From positions 736,001 through 800,000 of the forward strand of contig JBMNHS010000001.1 in assembly GCA_050950505.1 (NCBI GenBank): a stretch of DNA of 64,000 nt. The letters run 5' to 3'. Below the pieces are notes generated by a model. The model saw only the letters and a program-made list of their open reading frames with translations. It was not told the DNA's origin and ran no database searches. The stretch is from Candidatus Methanomethylophilaceae archaeon. GTDB lineage: Archaea; Thermoplasmatota; Thermoplasmata; Methanomassiliicoccales; Methanomethylophilaceae. The position numbers and the translations under genes were made by a program. Below are positions 1 through 10,902 of this stretch, one piece after another. Every line of letters starts with the position of its first letter. Positions within the stretch are counted from its first letter, which is position 1.

Positions 1-473
1 TGGGCAATCCCGATTTCAAAGTGAAGGACGAATTCATCCCCATTGTGGAACTGACCGAAGACCAGGCGGTGTTGATTTATGCTCACGCAGTTATGGGAAC
101 GGCCAAAGACCATGTCAAATGGCAAGTCACCAGCGGCGTCGGTTACAAATACTTCCCGTTGGTGAAAATCGATCCTGAGAGAGCTTCCACCGAAGCCGCG
201 CTGAACTGTGTCAAAATCTGCCCGAAGAACGTATTCGGCGTCCAAGACGGAAAACTTGTGGTTGAGAATTCCATCAGTTGCACTCTTTGCAAATCCTGTA
301 TGGAATCCGTTAACAACGACGGGTCCGTCGTGGTCAAAGGCGATGACGAAAACTTCCTGTTCACCTTCGAAACCGACGGATCCCTGACTGCTGAGCAAAC
401 CCTCATCAAGACAATAGAGATTCTGTCCGAGAAGGCGGCAGACATATCTGCACAGATTGCGGAACTCGTTTAA
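1..473 (+). CDS. rpoD: DNA-directed RNA polymerase subunit D (Rpo3), 5'-truncated by the window edge
   Basis: The frame is open from the window start. Motifs PIVEL, G.AKDHVKWQ, a ferredoxin-like insert (CVKICP...CTLCKSC) and FLFTFETDGSL. Confidence 0.95.
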   Translation, partial: GNPDFKVKDEFIPIVELTEDQAVLIYAHAVMGTAKDHVKWQVTSGVGYKYFPLVKIDPERASTEAALNCVKICPKNVFGVQDGKLVVENSISCTLCKSCMESVNNDGSVVVKGDDENFLFTFETDGSLTAEQTLIKTIEILSEKAADISAQIAELV

Positions 474-482
474 ACATCATTC

Positions 483-503
483 AGGGGCATCCGCCCCTTT
501 TTT
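483..503 (+). terminator. GC hairpin plus U-tract between convergent rpoD and polC
   Basis: AGGGGC-ATCC-GCCCCT followed by TTTTT, just after the rpoD stop. Confidence 0.7.
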
Positions 504-520
504 AATTTATTCACAGTCAT

Positions 521-3500
521 TCAGAAGAAATCCTGAAGAGTGCACTTTTTGACTTTATCGTTGTCGAATACGGACTTCATGCTCATTTCCAGAAGTTCGA
601 TTCTGTTTTTGGTGTAGTCGTTGACGTTGTAATTCTCGCTGACTTCTTTGGAAATCTCAAGATATTTCATGACGCTTCCTTTGTAAACCGTCATGATGAC
701 GGGCGTGTCACATTTTGTGCATCTGCCGGTTATCGGTATCCTTCTGTATCTTTCGCCGCATTTTGAGCATCTGAATCTCTGTGCCGAGAAACTTCTCAGA
801 TTTCCTATCATGTCCGGCAGGAAGTGTTTGTTGATGATTTTGGTTGCAACGTCTCTTTCGTCAACCGCCCTGATTTTTTCGCAGAGAGACAGTTGGGCGT
901 CCATTTTCTCTGCCATGGTTTCGTATGTAATGTAAGCGGAGAATCTCGGACCTTCGGCGATATCGGAAGTGTCGTGGGTGAATCCCAGTCCTTCGTATTG
1001 CGCCGGAGTGCCGACACGGTTTCCCACCAAGTCCATAATCTTCTCCACTTCTTTGGTGTTGGCGAGTTCCGATGCCGCATGGTAAAGTTCCAGGGGGTAT
1101 TCCCGAAGACAATCCACGTTATGGGCTTCTTTGTCTATCTCGTTGGGATCCAATCTGGTGGTAAGAACCAGCGGCGCATCCATCATGCCTCCGCGGGAAC
1201 TCGGAAGAAAACTGAAGGAGAAATTGAGCAAAGCGTCCAAAGCCAGGATGATGCAATCTTCATCACCGTCGCAATTTCTTCTTTTTGCCGCATGGAAGAA
1301 GGGATGTCCGAAACATCCTCTTGCGGAAGTGTATCCGATGATTCTGCAAAGAATCCCCCCCGAGGTGTGAGGGGCGAGACCGAAGGCAATTTCACCAATC
1401 AGTCCGCTTCTGTCCGTCACATTGTAATACGGTCTGAGTTTGTACAATCCCTCAAGTTCATCGTCCACGAACTGTGCCACCTTCGTCATGAAGTCCCCGC
1501 ATTCCATAGGGGGGATTATATCCTGAACTTTCAGTTCGCAGATTTGGTCCGGATCGGTCAGGGGTTCCCCGTTCCAATCGTGGGTGTAACCGAGCTCTAT
1601 CGCCTTTTCCACAGTGAGTTCAATCTCTCTGGGTCTGAAGTGGGTAAGGGGAATGTCGGTCATGTCGTAACGGACGGTTCCGTCTTTGTTCACAAAAAGA
1701 TCGTGTTTGGCTCTGAGAATGCCTTTTTCGAGAGCCTCCGGGACTTTGAGTTTGGATCTCAGCGTCTGAACGCACCTTACCGCTTTCGGTTTATTCTCTC
1801 CGAGGCGCTCACAGGCAGCCGAAAGTTCGGCGTCCAGATTCACAGGCATGGGGCTGACGCCTCCGAATTGGTTCATACGCGGATTTATTTCTGACACGGT
1901 GTGGCTCTTGCAGTCCCGGCACCATGATCTCCAAGTAATCTTTCCGCAGGAAGTGCATTTTCTGGAGCCTACCTGCAAATACACATCGGAATTGGAGCCG
2001 CGCACGTTCCCCGCGGATCTTTTTGATTTTTCAATTGCGGTTATCAGGTCTCTGTTGGAATCCAATCCCGAACCCACCGGAAACAGGCCGTGGGATGTGG
2101 GAGCCATTTCTCTCTGATAAGCTTTTTCGGGACGTCCCATTCTCATTCCGATTCTGGTGCCGCCTCTGTTTTTGACGGTAATTCCCAAAGCCTTGCTAAC
2201 GGCATCCAGAGAGTCCTCTCCGTCAAACTTGCCTTTTTCGACGATGTTTCCCTCCTTCGGTTCCAGATTGAGACAATCAAGAATCACATCGCTGTATCGT
2301 TTGAATATTCCTATGCGGCCGTTTCTGAATCTGTGCAGAGCCCCGAGGTTCTCGAACAAAGTTTTAATGTCTCCTTCCGCGGGAACGGAAATGTTCCCTT
2401 CGTTGTATGAGCCATGTTCAATCAGATGATTCCTTATGCGTACCAGTTCATCGAGTTTCATGTCCGACCAGAACAGATTGTATTTCGGATGTAAGGGAAC
2501 ACCCAGTTCGACACTCATTTCTTTGGCTCTTTTGTAAGTCGGAAGTTCCCAATCTTCGGGAAGTTCCCCTTTGATCAGAATTTCCTGTCTGTGCCACTCA
2601 ATGCAGTATCCCGGAGGCACGAGCACGTGATTGTTTTCGCAGAATTCTCCGAAGGGCACCAGAACTTCTCCGTTGTCTACGATGCGGACGATGCGGCTGC
2701 GGACTTCTTCCACTTCTTTTTTGGTGTGACAATAAATCATGTCCCCGTTGTTCAGGACGACTGTAGGTCCTTCAATTTCATCACAAGGGGTCACGACGCA
2801 ACCCTTTCCGGGTCTTTCGATTTTCATCTGTGTGCCTATGGCCATGAATTCTTCCATGGCGTACATGGTGGCGGGACTGAAGGCAAGGGCGGCAAGCCCT
2901 GTTGTCCTGGCTCTTCCGTATCTCAAACGGAATCCCCCTTCTCTGCTGGGATATCCGAAAACGGGACGTCCCGCGATGATATCTGCCAGATAAGTTTCTT
3001 CCGGATAGATGGTTTTCTTGGCGTTCTCTTCCTCAACTTTGTCTTCATCTTTGGAGGGAGCGTGCAATTCCAGATATTTTGTTATGAAATCCCAACCGTC
3101 GATTTTCAGCGTATCGACGTGTTTTTTGATTTTTGAGGCTTTCTGGCACAGTCCTTCGGCGATGACTAAACAGGCACCCCCTCTGACTCTGTTGGTCTCT
3201 ATTCGGGGCAGATCCCGGAATCCCGATATCTCAACCTGTTCCGTACCTTCCCCGTCAATCATCACCGGACAGTTTCTCACTATGAGATCTATCTCCTGGG
3301 ACGTGGGCGAATACTGAAGGTGCTGTTGTTGTCTGTACAGGGAGATTTCCTCATCGAATCTGGCAATCTCCTGTTCGGTGGGTTGGTAATGGCCGAGATT
3401 AAGTTCTCTTCTGACAACATCGGCGATGAGAACGCTCATCGCCTGCGCGGTACCTCCCGCGGCTCTGATGGGCCCCGCAAGCATAAGATCCACGAATTCC

Positions 3501-3925
3501 GTTCCGTCATCGTTTCTTTTTACTTTGACGTCCGCTATCCCCTCCAGGGGAGCGACGAGAATTCCCTCGGTCAAAACCGCCAAGCCCACGCGTATCGCAC
3601 GGTCCAAAGCCATTTCCACGCTGTCCGCCGGCCTTCTGGCGACTTCTTTCGCGACCAACAGGGACACAAGTTCCCTGTTCCGGTTCTCTGCGGTGAGGCG
3701 TCTTATGTCTTCGGCCACGCCTTCGACCTGATAGTCCTTCAACAGTTCTTCTACCCGGGATGCAAGATCCTCGGCCTGAGGAACTTCAACGAAGGGCTCG
3801 GGGTCGATACCCAGCTTTCTGGCTTCTCCTGCAACGGCATAACATTCGTCCTTCTGTCTTGCAAGATCGGAGAAGTACCCGTACATCTCCTCGCTTGCGA
3901 CGGGGCCTTTTGTCATTTCAGGCAA
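521..3925 (-). CDS. polC: DNA polymerase D large subunit DP2
   Basis: 1134 aa. Motifs GILVAPLEGI, GPIRAAGGT, FHAAKRRNCDGDED (catalytic) and C-terminal Zn fingers. No intein-sized insertion. Confidence 0.97.
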   Translation of the reverse strand: MPEMTKGPVASEEMYGYFSDLARQKDECYAVAGEARKLGIDPEPFVEVPQAEDLASRVEELLKDYQVEGVAEDIRRLTAENRNRELVSLLVAKEVARRPADSVEMALDRAIRVGLAVLTEGILVAPLEGIADVKVKRNDDGTEFVDLMLAGPIRAAGGTAQAMSVLIADVVRRELNLGHYQPTEQEIARFDEEISLYRQQQHLQYSPTSQEIDLIVRNCPVMIDGEGTEQVEISGFRDLPRIETNRVRGGACLVIAEGLCQKASKIKKHVDTLKIDGWDFITKYLELHAPSKDEDKVEEENAKKTIYPEETYLADIIAGRPVFGYPSREGGFRLRYGRARTTGLAALAFSPATMYAMEEFMAIGTQMKIERPGKGCVVTPCDEIEGPTVVLNNGDMIYCHTKKEVEEVRSRIVRIVDNGEVLVPFGEFCENNHVLVPPGYCIEWHRQEILIKGELPEDWELPTYKRAKEMSVELGVPLHPKYNLFWSDMKLDELVRIRNHLIEHGSYNEGNISVPAEGDIKTLFENLGALHRFRNGRIGIFKRYSDVILDCLNLEPKEGNIVEKGKFDGEDSLDAVSKALGITVKNRGGTRIGMRMGRPEKAYQREMAPTSHGLFPVGSGLDSNRDLITAIEKSKRSAGNVRGSNSDVYLQVGSRKCTSCGKITWRSWCRDCKSHTVSEINPRMNQFGGVSPMPVNLDAELSAACERLGENKPKAVRCVQTLRSKLKVPEALEKGILRAKHDLFVNKDGTVRYDMTDIPLTHFRPREIELTVEKAIELGYTHDWNGEPLTDPDQICELKVQDIIPPMECGDFMTKVAQFVDDELEGLYKLRPYYNVTDRSGLIGEIAFGLAPHTSGGILCRIIGYTSARGCFGHPFFHAAKRRNCDGDEDCIILALDALLNFSFSFLPSSRGGMMDAPLVLTTRLDPNEIDKEAHNVDCLREYPLELYHAASELANTKEVEKIMDLVGNRVGTPAQYEGLGFTHDTSDIAEGPRFSAYITYETMAEKMDAQLSLCEKIRAVDERDVATKIINKHFLPDMIGNLRSFSAQRFRCSKCGERYRRIPITGRCTKCDTPVIMTVYKGSVMKYLEISKEVSENYNVNDYTKNRIELLEMSMKSVFDNDKVKKCTLQDFF

Positions 3926-4883
3926 CCGCCATTGCCCTCAGTTTCTCAAGGATGAGGTTCCTCAGCTCTTCCAGGTTCTCTCCGGTCTCAGTGGAGAAAT
4001 ATAAATTTCCGCTTTCTGTTTTCTTCAAATCGGATTTGCTTTCGACGACGATTATGTCCACGCCTTCGAAACCCTTCTGGACGGATTCCAGCAAAGTCTT
4101 TTGCTTTTCCACGGAGTATCCGCAGGATTCGGAAGGGTCCAACATGAACACCATCACGTCGGTAAGATATCTTAGAGCCAGTACTGCCTGTTTTTCGATA
4201 TCGTTTCTGTCGTCGAAACTTCTGTCAAGCAATCCCGGCGTGTCAATGATCTGATAAGTGTTCCAGCCGTCTTCCGCGTGTCCTATGACGATTCCTTTCG
4301 TTGTGAAAGGATACGGAGCGATTTCGGGAGTGGCGGTGCTCAGTTCTCTCATCAGGCTGCTTTTTCCCACATTGGGGAATCCGGCTATGACTGCGGTTGG
4401 AACGTTGGGTCTGACGGTTGGAAACTGTCTGAATTTGTTTTTGGCGTCCTGGAGGAACAGCAAATCATCGGATATCTGTCTGAGATAAGAGGTCAGGCGT
4501 CCGTAGAATCCTCTTCTGGAGGACTCTATGTAAGAAACGTCTTTGCTTCTGCGGATTTCTCTCAGTGTCTCATTCTTCAGACGGTCAACCCGTCCCGTGA
4601 CCCATCTCAGGGCCCCCAGGGATTTTTTGTATTCGTCGACCCCGATGACAAGATCCACAAGCTGAGGGAAAAAATCGTCCTTTTTGTCAATTCTGGGAAA
4701 TCTTTGGACATAACCCGACAAAGTCGAGGTGACAATATCTCCGGAAGCGGTGACTCTTGCCATAGCGGTCAATCTTCTGCCGTCTATCGCTGTCGGACCT
4801 CTTTTAGATATCTTGGCCGCTCTGCCGAACGCCTTATCCATCAATTCCTCGGAAGTGAGCACTGTCGGTATTCCCTGTTCCAT
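3918..4883 (-). CDS. NOG1-family GTP-binding protein
   Basis: GFPNVGKSS, PYPFTTKG and DTPGLLDR motifs. Confidence 0.93.
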   Translation of the reverse strand: MEQGIPTVLTSEELMDKAFGRAAKISKRGPTAIDGRRLTAMARVTASGDIVTSTLSGYVQRFPRIDKKDDFFPQLVDLVIGVDEYKKSLGALRWVTGRVDRLKNETLREIRRSKDVSYIESSRRGFYGRLTSYLRQISDDLLFLQDAKNKFRQFPTVRPNVPTAVIAGFPNVGKSSLMRELSTATPEIAPYPFTTKGIVIGHAEDGWNTYQIIDTPGLLDRSFDDRNDIEKQAVLALRYLTDVMVFMLDPSESCGYSVEKQKTLLESVQKGFEGVDIIVVESKSDLKKTESGNLYFSTETGENLEELRNLILEKLRAMAVA

Positions 4884-4926
4884 TTAGACCACGTCGTACG
4901 ATAGGGAACGGGTATAATATAGATTG

Positions 4927-7900
4927 TCAGGCCCGGCCTATCACGGCTTTCACAAGCCATAAATCCGTCCGCATTTCAGGATTGATTTTGATTGCCGAAG
5001 GCAAAAGAACGGATGGACAATCCTCCAGAACGATGCCTGCGGTGACTGACCATCTTCCCACGTCCCGGCCGAACAGTCCGCAAAGTCCCGACAGATTGCT
5101 TGAAACGAATACGCCGACATCCACCGTTGGGATAACATCCGTCTTATTCAGGAATTTCGGGGTGTTCATGCCGGTATGGGCCGTCATGGAAAGATGGATG
5201 TTGTCGTAAGGCAGCGAACGTCCGTCTATTCCGTAGGGATTTTCCATGTTGAACAGCAGCGCCTCCACTTCCCCCACGAGATACTTTATAGTTTCACTCA
5301 CGGTTTTGGTGTTTATCGATAACGCGATTCTGAATCCCGTCGCCGTGGTTCCCGCCAGATCCGTCACGTCAAAGGACACGAATACCGAAGCTTCGATCAA
5401 ACAGCCGGAAATATGCTCTATGGCCGTGGTTATGGCATCCTGTATGGCACGTTGCAAAAACTCGCTGAGATCTTCGGTTCCGTCAAGCAGACCGCCCATG
5501 TCATTCATGGTTTTCACCGCTGATTCCTTGAATATCTTCAGCATGGTACCTTTTACCAATTCTCCGTTGACGAAACCTCCGCAGTTTCCCGTTCCTGGAG
5601 TACCTTCGGCGAATACCCAGTCAACTGCTCCGTCGGCAACTCTCTGCCAGGTGTAACTGTTGTTTTCTCTGTCTTTGCCGACAATAGACCGATCAACTTC
5701 CTTTCCTTCCCGGTCGAGAAGAATGATGCATTCACCGTCCAGAACATTGTTTTTGTCATTCATCAGAACCATGTGGCTGTCCAGATTCACAACGTACAGT
5801 TCTCTGGGTGCCAGAACGATTTCCCCCAGGGTCATTCTCTTTGTTTTTGTGTTGGATCCCGCCACCAAAGTGTAACCGGTTATGTCCGCGCTAGTCGCCG
5901 AGGCATTGTAAAGCTCCACCCATTCGTTCCCCACATCGTTTCCGGGGGGATTGGATTCGAACTCATTCACCACAACTCCGGTTTTGAAGGGTATGTCGTA
6001 TTTCAGGGAAAGTCCCGCATCAAGACTTCCTTTCATACCCAGAGCGGGGAGGGGGATGTTGGACAGCATCGCCCCTATGCCGTCCAAATCCGACAATCTC
6101 ACACCGGCTTCCCTGTATTGGACCGTGTGAGGGAACACCACGTCCAACGAAGTGTTTTTCACAATTCCGTTCAGTGAAGCCAACCGGTTTCCGGTTTTCA
6201 TCATCGGATCCAATTTCATTCTCAGATTCCAGTCTTCTCCCGTAATTTTTATTTCGGAGGTTATGAAACGTTCTTTGCCTTTGCTCAGGTCCCTTTCGTT
6301 GATGGTCATGCCGCAATTGAATGCGACCCCCGACACCTCTCCGGAGAGTTCGACAATAAGAACGTTCTTCACATTCTTGACGAAGGATGCTATGTCGGTG
6401 CTGAAGGTAAGAGCCATTCCAAGGAACGATATCCCTACGGTCTGTTTTTTGAGGGTGGCTCTGAAAATGAACTCGACCATATCGGCATAACCGCCGACGG
6501 CACGATCCAGCATGGCGCTCAGTTCCCCCTCTGCAAAATTCTTGATTTCCAACATAGGACCCATGATTGCCGAATAAAGTTTTTCGATGACGGCAGTGGC
6601 ATAATTCATTATTTCCATCAGTGCGGGTCCGAGAATCGAAATAACTTCGTTTATTATTTTGAGAAGTTCCCTGATCGGTTTCAATATGGGATCCAACGCA
6701 TCGAGCAAAATCTTCCAACCGTCTTCTAAAAACGTGGTGCTGGCTTTGTATCCGTAAACTCCCTCAAGCTGCCAACCGCTCATTACCGGAATCTTCAGAT
6801 CCACATGTATCGGAACTGTTCCGGAGATGTACGAATCCCTCGTTCCCAGCAACGCGGCCTCGGTGCTCTTTCCTTCGGCGGAATATTCCAATCCGTCGGT
6901 CAGCACGACCCTGAACACCGTGCAGTACGCGGCACCCTTCTTTTCGTTGAATCCCACATAATGAATGCAATCCCCAAGATTGTTGTTCGGACCGAGAATT
7001 TCGATGTTCGGGGACAAGCGGTCCGTGACGGAGATGAATTCCTTTTTCGCATCTTCAGGGTCTTCCAGAACGAAGTATCTTTCGGAGGGAAGTTCCGTCA
7101 GTCCGCTGTAAGGGTTGAGATTCATGTTATCGCACATTTCTTCGCACAGGTTCGTCATGCGCATCGGCATGTCGTACAGCAAAGCCATCGCAGGCAGAAT
7201 CTTCATCCCCGCCATCGTGAGAAAATCCCTGATGAGGCCGCTTTGACCTCCGGGAACCTCAAGCAGTACGCTGAATCTGCCGGACATTTTCTTCGCTTCC
7301 GCCTCATAATGGGATATTACATTTTCGTCGTACAGGGATGCCCTCAGGGAATCCATGAGGTATGTCACATCTTCCGAACGCAATCCCGAATTAAGCAGCC
7401 TTTGCTGGGTTGCGGCAAGTTCGGGATGTTCCGTCATCATCGCTTTCAGTGCGTCAACGCCGAAAGCGGAATCGAATCCTTGTGTTAGTTTTTCGCATAT
7501 TGCACCGTAAAAAGGATCGTATATCGTCTGCTCGTCGATGGAACTTCTCACCGAACGTTCGAGACCGCCGTCCAGTCCGGACAGTGATCTTCTCACGGCG
7601 TCCATGACGTTTTCTGTAAAAGGCACGTCATCGTCAAACACGACCGGGACGGAAACCTGACCCAGAGATCTGTCGGAACCTATTTTCACCGCCGCGGTGT
7701 TCAGTATGCTTCTCGTCCATTCCCGGATGAAGTTGTGTTCTTCTCGGTATTCGCTTTTGAAATTCCGGATTCCGTTCCAATTCAATATATCCACATTCGG
7801 GTATTCCAACACGTTGGTGAATCCCCCGACCGTCACGGTGTGTTCCTCACCGTTCACCATTCTTGTGATTGAAGTTTCGGAAACATGGTAAGATACGGTT

Positions 7901-8967
7901 TTTCCGTTCAAGAGGTATCTGTAATCCGATTCCGAGTATCCGTTGCGTTCCATGATTTCTCTGATGTAAGGTGCGGCGGACATGGTGTCTTTGCGGGTGA
8001 AAAATCCCACCAAGGAGTCCCAGGCGTTTCTCACCTTGTCCGAGGCGTTGTCCAAAAAGTCCGCCATCACATTACCGCAGAAATAATCCTCCCATTGGAG
8101 AACGAGTCCGTCGGTGACGGACACCAATGCCTGTGCGTACACGGCGCCCAGGTCCAAAGTGAGAAAACCGTCTTCCGACGCCAGCAAGTCCGCCAAATCC
8201 ACGTGCCCCGTTTCAGTGAGGAATCCCTCTTCCGAGTCTCTGAAATAAAGGAGTTCCATCGCGGTCACGCAGCTTCTGTAAGATTTTTCCACATCTTCCG
8301 CGGTGAGGATTCCGTTCGTTCCCATGCTGCCCTGAGCGGCAAGGGATCCGTATCCTCTTATGACCCTTTCCTGAGCCAAGGCTGTCAGTTGATAAGACAT
8401 CATCTGGGACAGCATCGATCCCTCGCCCCGCAGTCCCGCTTCGAACAGGGAACCCATCTCTTCAACCAAAGGTAATGCGCAGCTTCCGTCCGAACGTACG
8501 GCAAGCGTCCTCTCCGTCGTGCCTGCCCCGCATTCGAACCTTGCGGTGAACGTTCCTTCGGCACGCAGATAAGTGGGCATCCGTCCTCCGTCGGAGGATC
8601 GAAGGGCTTCGGTGTGCAACCCCACATCCAAATTCAAAGGGACGATCCGTACGTTCCCGTCGTAAGAGGGGAATTGTTTTTTAATCCAAGTTTCAGCGGA
8701 AGATTCAAAATCATCCGCTTTCGAAGACAGGGTTCCGCTTCCGTTCCCGACGGAAATCAACAATTCGCCCATACCGCGATTGACAAAGGATGCGGTTCGG
8801 TCCACTGACGCTTCAAGCCGTTTCAACTCCTCTGTCACGTCGGAGACGTTGTCTTCCGCATCGGATATTCTGTAGGTGACGACGCCGTACCCCATCGATA
8901 GAATCAGCACCGTGACGGCGATGATTGTGAACGGCATGTTCCCCCTTTTGTTTTTCGCAATCGCCAC
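4927..8967 (-). CDS. Large surface protein with class III (prepilin-like) signal and lamin-tail domain
   Basis: 1346 aa from a GTG start. N-terminus KNKRG|NMPFTIIAVTVLILS; LTD motif VVVNEFESNPPGND..EWVELYN. Confidence 0.75.
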   Translation of the reverse strand: MAIAKNKRGNMPFTIIAVTVLILSMGYGVVTYRISDAEDNVSDVTEELKRLEASVDRTASFVNRGMGELLISVGNGSGTLSSKADDFESSAETWIKKQFPSYDGNVRIVPLNLDVGLHTEALRSSDGGRMPTYLRAEGTFTARFECGAGTTERTLAVRSDGSCALPLVEEMGSLFEAGLRGEGSMLSQMMSYQLTALAQERVIRGYGSLAAQGSMGTNGILTAEDVEKSYRSCVTAMELLYFRDSEEGFLTETGHVDLADLLASEDGFLTLDLGAVYAQALVSVTDGLVLQWEDYFCGNVMADFLDNASDKVRNAWDSLVGFFTRKDTMSAAPYIREIMERNGYSESDYRYLLNGKTVSYHVSETSITRMVNGEEHTVTVGGFTNVLEYPNVDILNWNGIRNFKSEYREEHNFIREWTRSILNTAAVKIGSDRSLGQVSVPVVFDDDVPFTENVMDAVRRSLSGLDGGLERSVRSSIDEQTIYDPFYGAICEKLTQGFDSAFGVDALKAMMTEHPELAATQQRLLNSGLRSEDVTYLMDSLRASLYDENVISHYEAEAKKMSGRFSVLLEVPGGQSGLIRDFLTMAGMKILPAMALLYDMPMRMTNLCEEMCDNMNLNPYSGLTELPSERYFVLEDPEDAKKEFISVTDRLSPNIEILGPNNNLGDCIHYVGFNEKKGAAYCTVFRVVLTDGLEYSAEGKSTEAALLGTRDSYISGTVPIHVDLKIPVMSGWQLEGVYGYKASTTFLEDGWKILLDALDPILKPIRELLKIINEVISILGPALMEIMNYATAVIEKLYSAIMGPMLEIKNFAEGELSAMLDRAVGGYADMVEFIFRATLKKQTVGISFLGMALTFSTDIASFVKNVKNVLIVELSGEVSGVAFNCGMTINERDLSKGKERFITSEIKITGEDWNLRMKLDPMMKTGNRLASLNGIVKNTSLDVVFPHTVQYREAGVRLSDLDGIGAMLSNIPLPALGMKGSLDAGLSLKYDIPFKTGVVVNEFESNPPGNDVGNEWVELYNASATSADITGYTLVAGSNTKTKRMTLGEIVLAPRELYVVNLDSHMVLMNDKNNVLDGECIILLDREGKEVDRSIVGKDRENNSYTWQRVADGAVDWVFAEGTPGTGNCGGFVNGELVKGTMLKIFKESAVKTMNDMGGLLDGTEDLSEFLQRAIQDAITTAIEHISGCLIEASVFVSFDVTDLAGTTATGFRIALSINTKTVSETIKYLVGEVEALLFNMENPYGIDGRSLPYDNIHLSMTAHTGMNTPKFLNKTDVIPTVDVGVFVSSNLSGLCGLFGRDVGRWSVTAGIVLEDCPSVLLPSAIKINPEMRTDLWLVKAVIGRA

Positions 8968-9100
8968 GGCAATTCATTTCACGGAGGCATCATAAAGGTC
9001 CCAATGACAGTTAGTATTATTCCCGTCTGATGCGATTAAAACAACAATCTCTTATTAATAGGAAGAATAATACCCGTTCATTAAACAAAGAAGGTAAATC

Positions 9101-10723
9101 ATGTCTTCAACAACACAAACTAGCTCACTTGCCAAGGGACTTCCAAAGAAGACGGAATCCCTATGCCCCGAATGCGGGAAAATTTTAGAGGCCACCATCT
9201 ACGAAAAAGACGGTAAAGTGTACATGGACAAAGAATGTCCGGAACACGGTGAATTCTCCGACATATACTGGTCTGACGTGGATGCGTATTTGAGGGCCGA
9301 ACACTTCGCATATGACGGAACGGGATTAAAAAATCCCCATGACGAATCCTTGTCCGAAGGGGAAACCGTTCATTTCATGATTGACGGCAGAAGGTTCGAT
9401 GTTCTGTCGAGCACGGCTCTGGCGTTGATAGATTTGACCAACAGATGCAACATGAACTGTCCGATTTGTTTCGCCAACGCCAACGAGGCGGGGTATGTTT
9501 ATGAACCCACTTTCGACGAAGTCGTACAGATGCTTGAAGCCCTCCGTGCCGAGGAGCCCATAAAGTGCACCGCGGTACAGTTCTCCGGCGGAGAACCCAC
9601 CGTATACCCGAAAATCGTCGAAGTTATCGCCAAAGCAAAAGAGCTGGGCTTTGCGCAGATAATGGTTGCATCCAACGGATTGAAATTTTCCAGAGATTAT
9701 CAGATGCTGAAGGACTGTATGGAAGCGGGAATGAACACCATATACCTGTCTTTCGACGGAGTCAGCGATGATGTGTATCTTCAGGCAAGAGACCGGAAGA
9801 TGCTTGACGTGAAGAAAAACGTCATCGAAAATTGCAAAAAACTCAGGGAAGAAACCGGAAGATCCCCGTCCATAGTTCTTGTTCCCACACTGGTCCGCGG
9901 CGTCAACGATCATCAGATCGGAGACATCATCAAATTTGCCTTCGACAATTCCGAAGTCGTCCGCGGCGTCAACTTCCAGCCTGTGGCGTTCACAGGCAGA
10001 ATTTCCAGGGAAGAAGTTTCCGAAGGGAGAATCACTCTTACGGATTTGGTTGAAAAGTTCGAGGAACAGACCGGATTCGCGAGACCCGAAGATTGGTACC
10101 CTGTGCCCGTGGTCGCCCCCATATCAAAATTCGCAACCGAACTTATGGGCGAAAACATGGTAACGCTAACGGCTCACCCCCACTGCGGATTGGCAACATA
10201 TCTGTTCGAGGCCGATGACGGTTCCGTGACACCTTTGCCCCGTTTCATAGACGTTAGACAATTCTCCGACGAGCTGGATAAAATCGCGGATAAAATGGAG
10301 AAGGCCAAATTCAAAAAACTCAAAGCACTGAAAATTGTGAAACTTCTCAACAAAGTCGTCCGTGAAGAAGATATGCCGGCGGGACTTACAAAAAAGAAAT
10401 TTACAAAAGCAATAGGAAGTATAATGGGAAACAAATCAAAGAAGAATCTTGCAAACTTCTCTTGGAAGATGATGTATGTGGGAGGAATGCACTTCCAGGA
10501 CTCGTACAACTATGATATCGAGAGGACCAAACGCTGTGCGATTCACTACATCACCCCGGATTTGAAGGTCATCCCCTTCTGTGCATACAACGGAGGCCCG
10601 GAATACCGTGCAGGGGTCGAGGCAGAGTTCTCGATGCCCCTTGCGGATTGGAAGGCCAAGAACAAGAAGGCGGCCAAAGAATTGGAAGAGGCTTTGATTG
10701 TACCCGAAGATCAGAGAGCGTGA
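9101..10723 (+). CDS. tes: Radical SAM tetraether lipid synthase (Tes/GDGT-MAS family)
   Basis: N-terminal SLCPEC..KECPEHG metal domain, CNMNCPIC radical SAM motif, QFSGGEPT, FQPVAFTGR, HPHCG, C-terminal RCAIHY..IPFCAYN; adjacent to GGR. Confidence 0.88.
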   Translation: MSSTTQTSSLAKGLPKKTESLCPECGKILEATIYEKDGKVYMDKECPEHGEFSDIYWSDVDAYLRAEHFAYDGTGLKNPHDESLSEGETVHFMIDGRRFDVLSSTALALIDLTNRCNMNCPICFANANEAGYVYEPTFDEVVQMLEALRAEEPIKCTAVQFSGGEPTVYPKIVEVIAKAKELGFAQIMVASNGLKFSRDYQMLKDCMEAGMNTIYLSFDGVSDDVYLQARDRKMLDVKKNVIENCKKLREETGRSPSIVLVPTLVRGVNDHQIGDIIKFAFDNSEVVRGVNFQPVAFTGRISREEVSEGRITLTDLVEKFEEQTGFARPEDWYPVPVVAPISKFATELMGENMVTLTAHPHCGLATYLFEADDGSVTPLPRFIDVRQFSDELDKIADKMEKAKFKKLKALKIVKLLNKVVREEDMPAGLTKKKFTKAIGSIMGNKSKKNLANFSWKMMYVGGMHFQDSYNYDIERTKRCAIHYITPDLKVIPFCAYNGGPEYRAGVEAEFSMPLADWKAKNKKAAKELEEALIVPEDQRA

Positions 10724-10727
10724 AAAA

Positions 10728-10898
10728 ATGGCAGTGATAGTGGATTTTGGAAAATGTCTTCACTGCGGCGGGTGTGTCGGCTCCTGTCCGCAGAATGCGA
10801 TATACATGAACGACTACGTGCTTGAGTTCAATGAAAATTGCAACTCCTGCAAGAGATGCGTCAAACTTTGCCCCGTTGCGGCACTGAGGATGGGGTGA
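10728..10898 (+). CDS. 2[4Fe-4S] ferredoxin
   Basis: ATG at 10728; CLHCGGCVGSCP and CNSCKRCVKLCP. Confidence 0.92.
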   Translation: MAVIVDFGKCLHCGGCVGSCPQNAIYMNDYVLEFNENCNSCKRCVKLCPVAALRMG

Positions 10899-10902
10899 TA
10901 TC

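Noticed and set aside
521-3925. Inteins in PolC (and RtcB)
   Set aside because: Both proteins are normal length, with no splicing or LAGLIDADG motifs seen.
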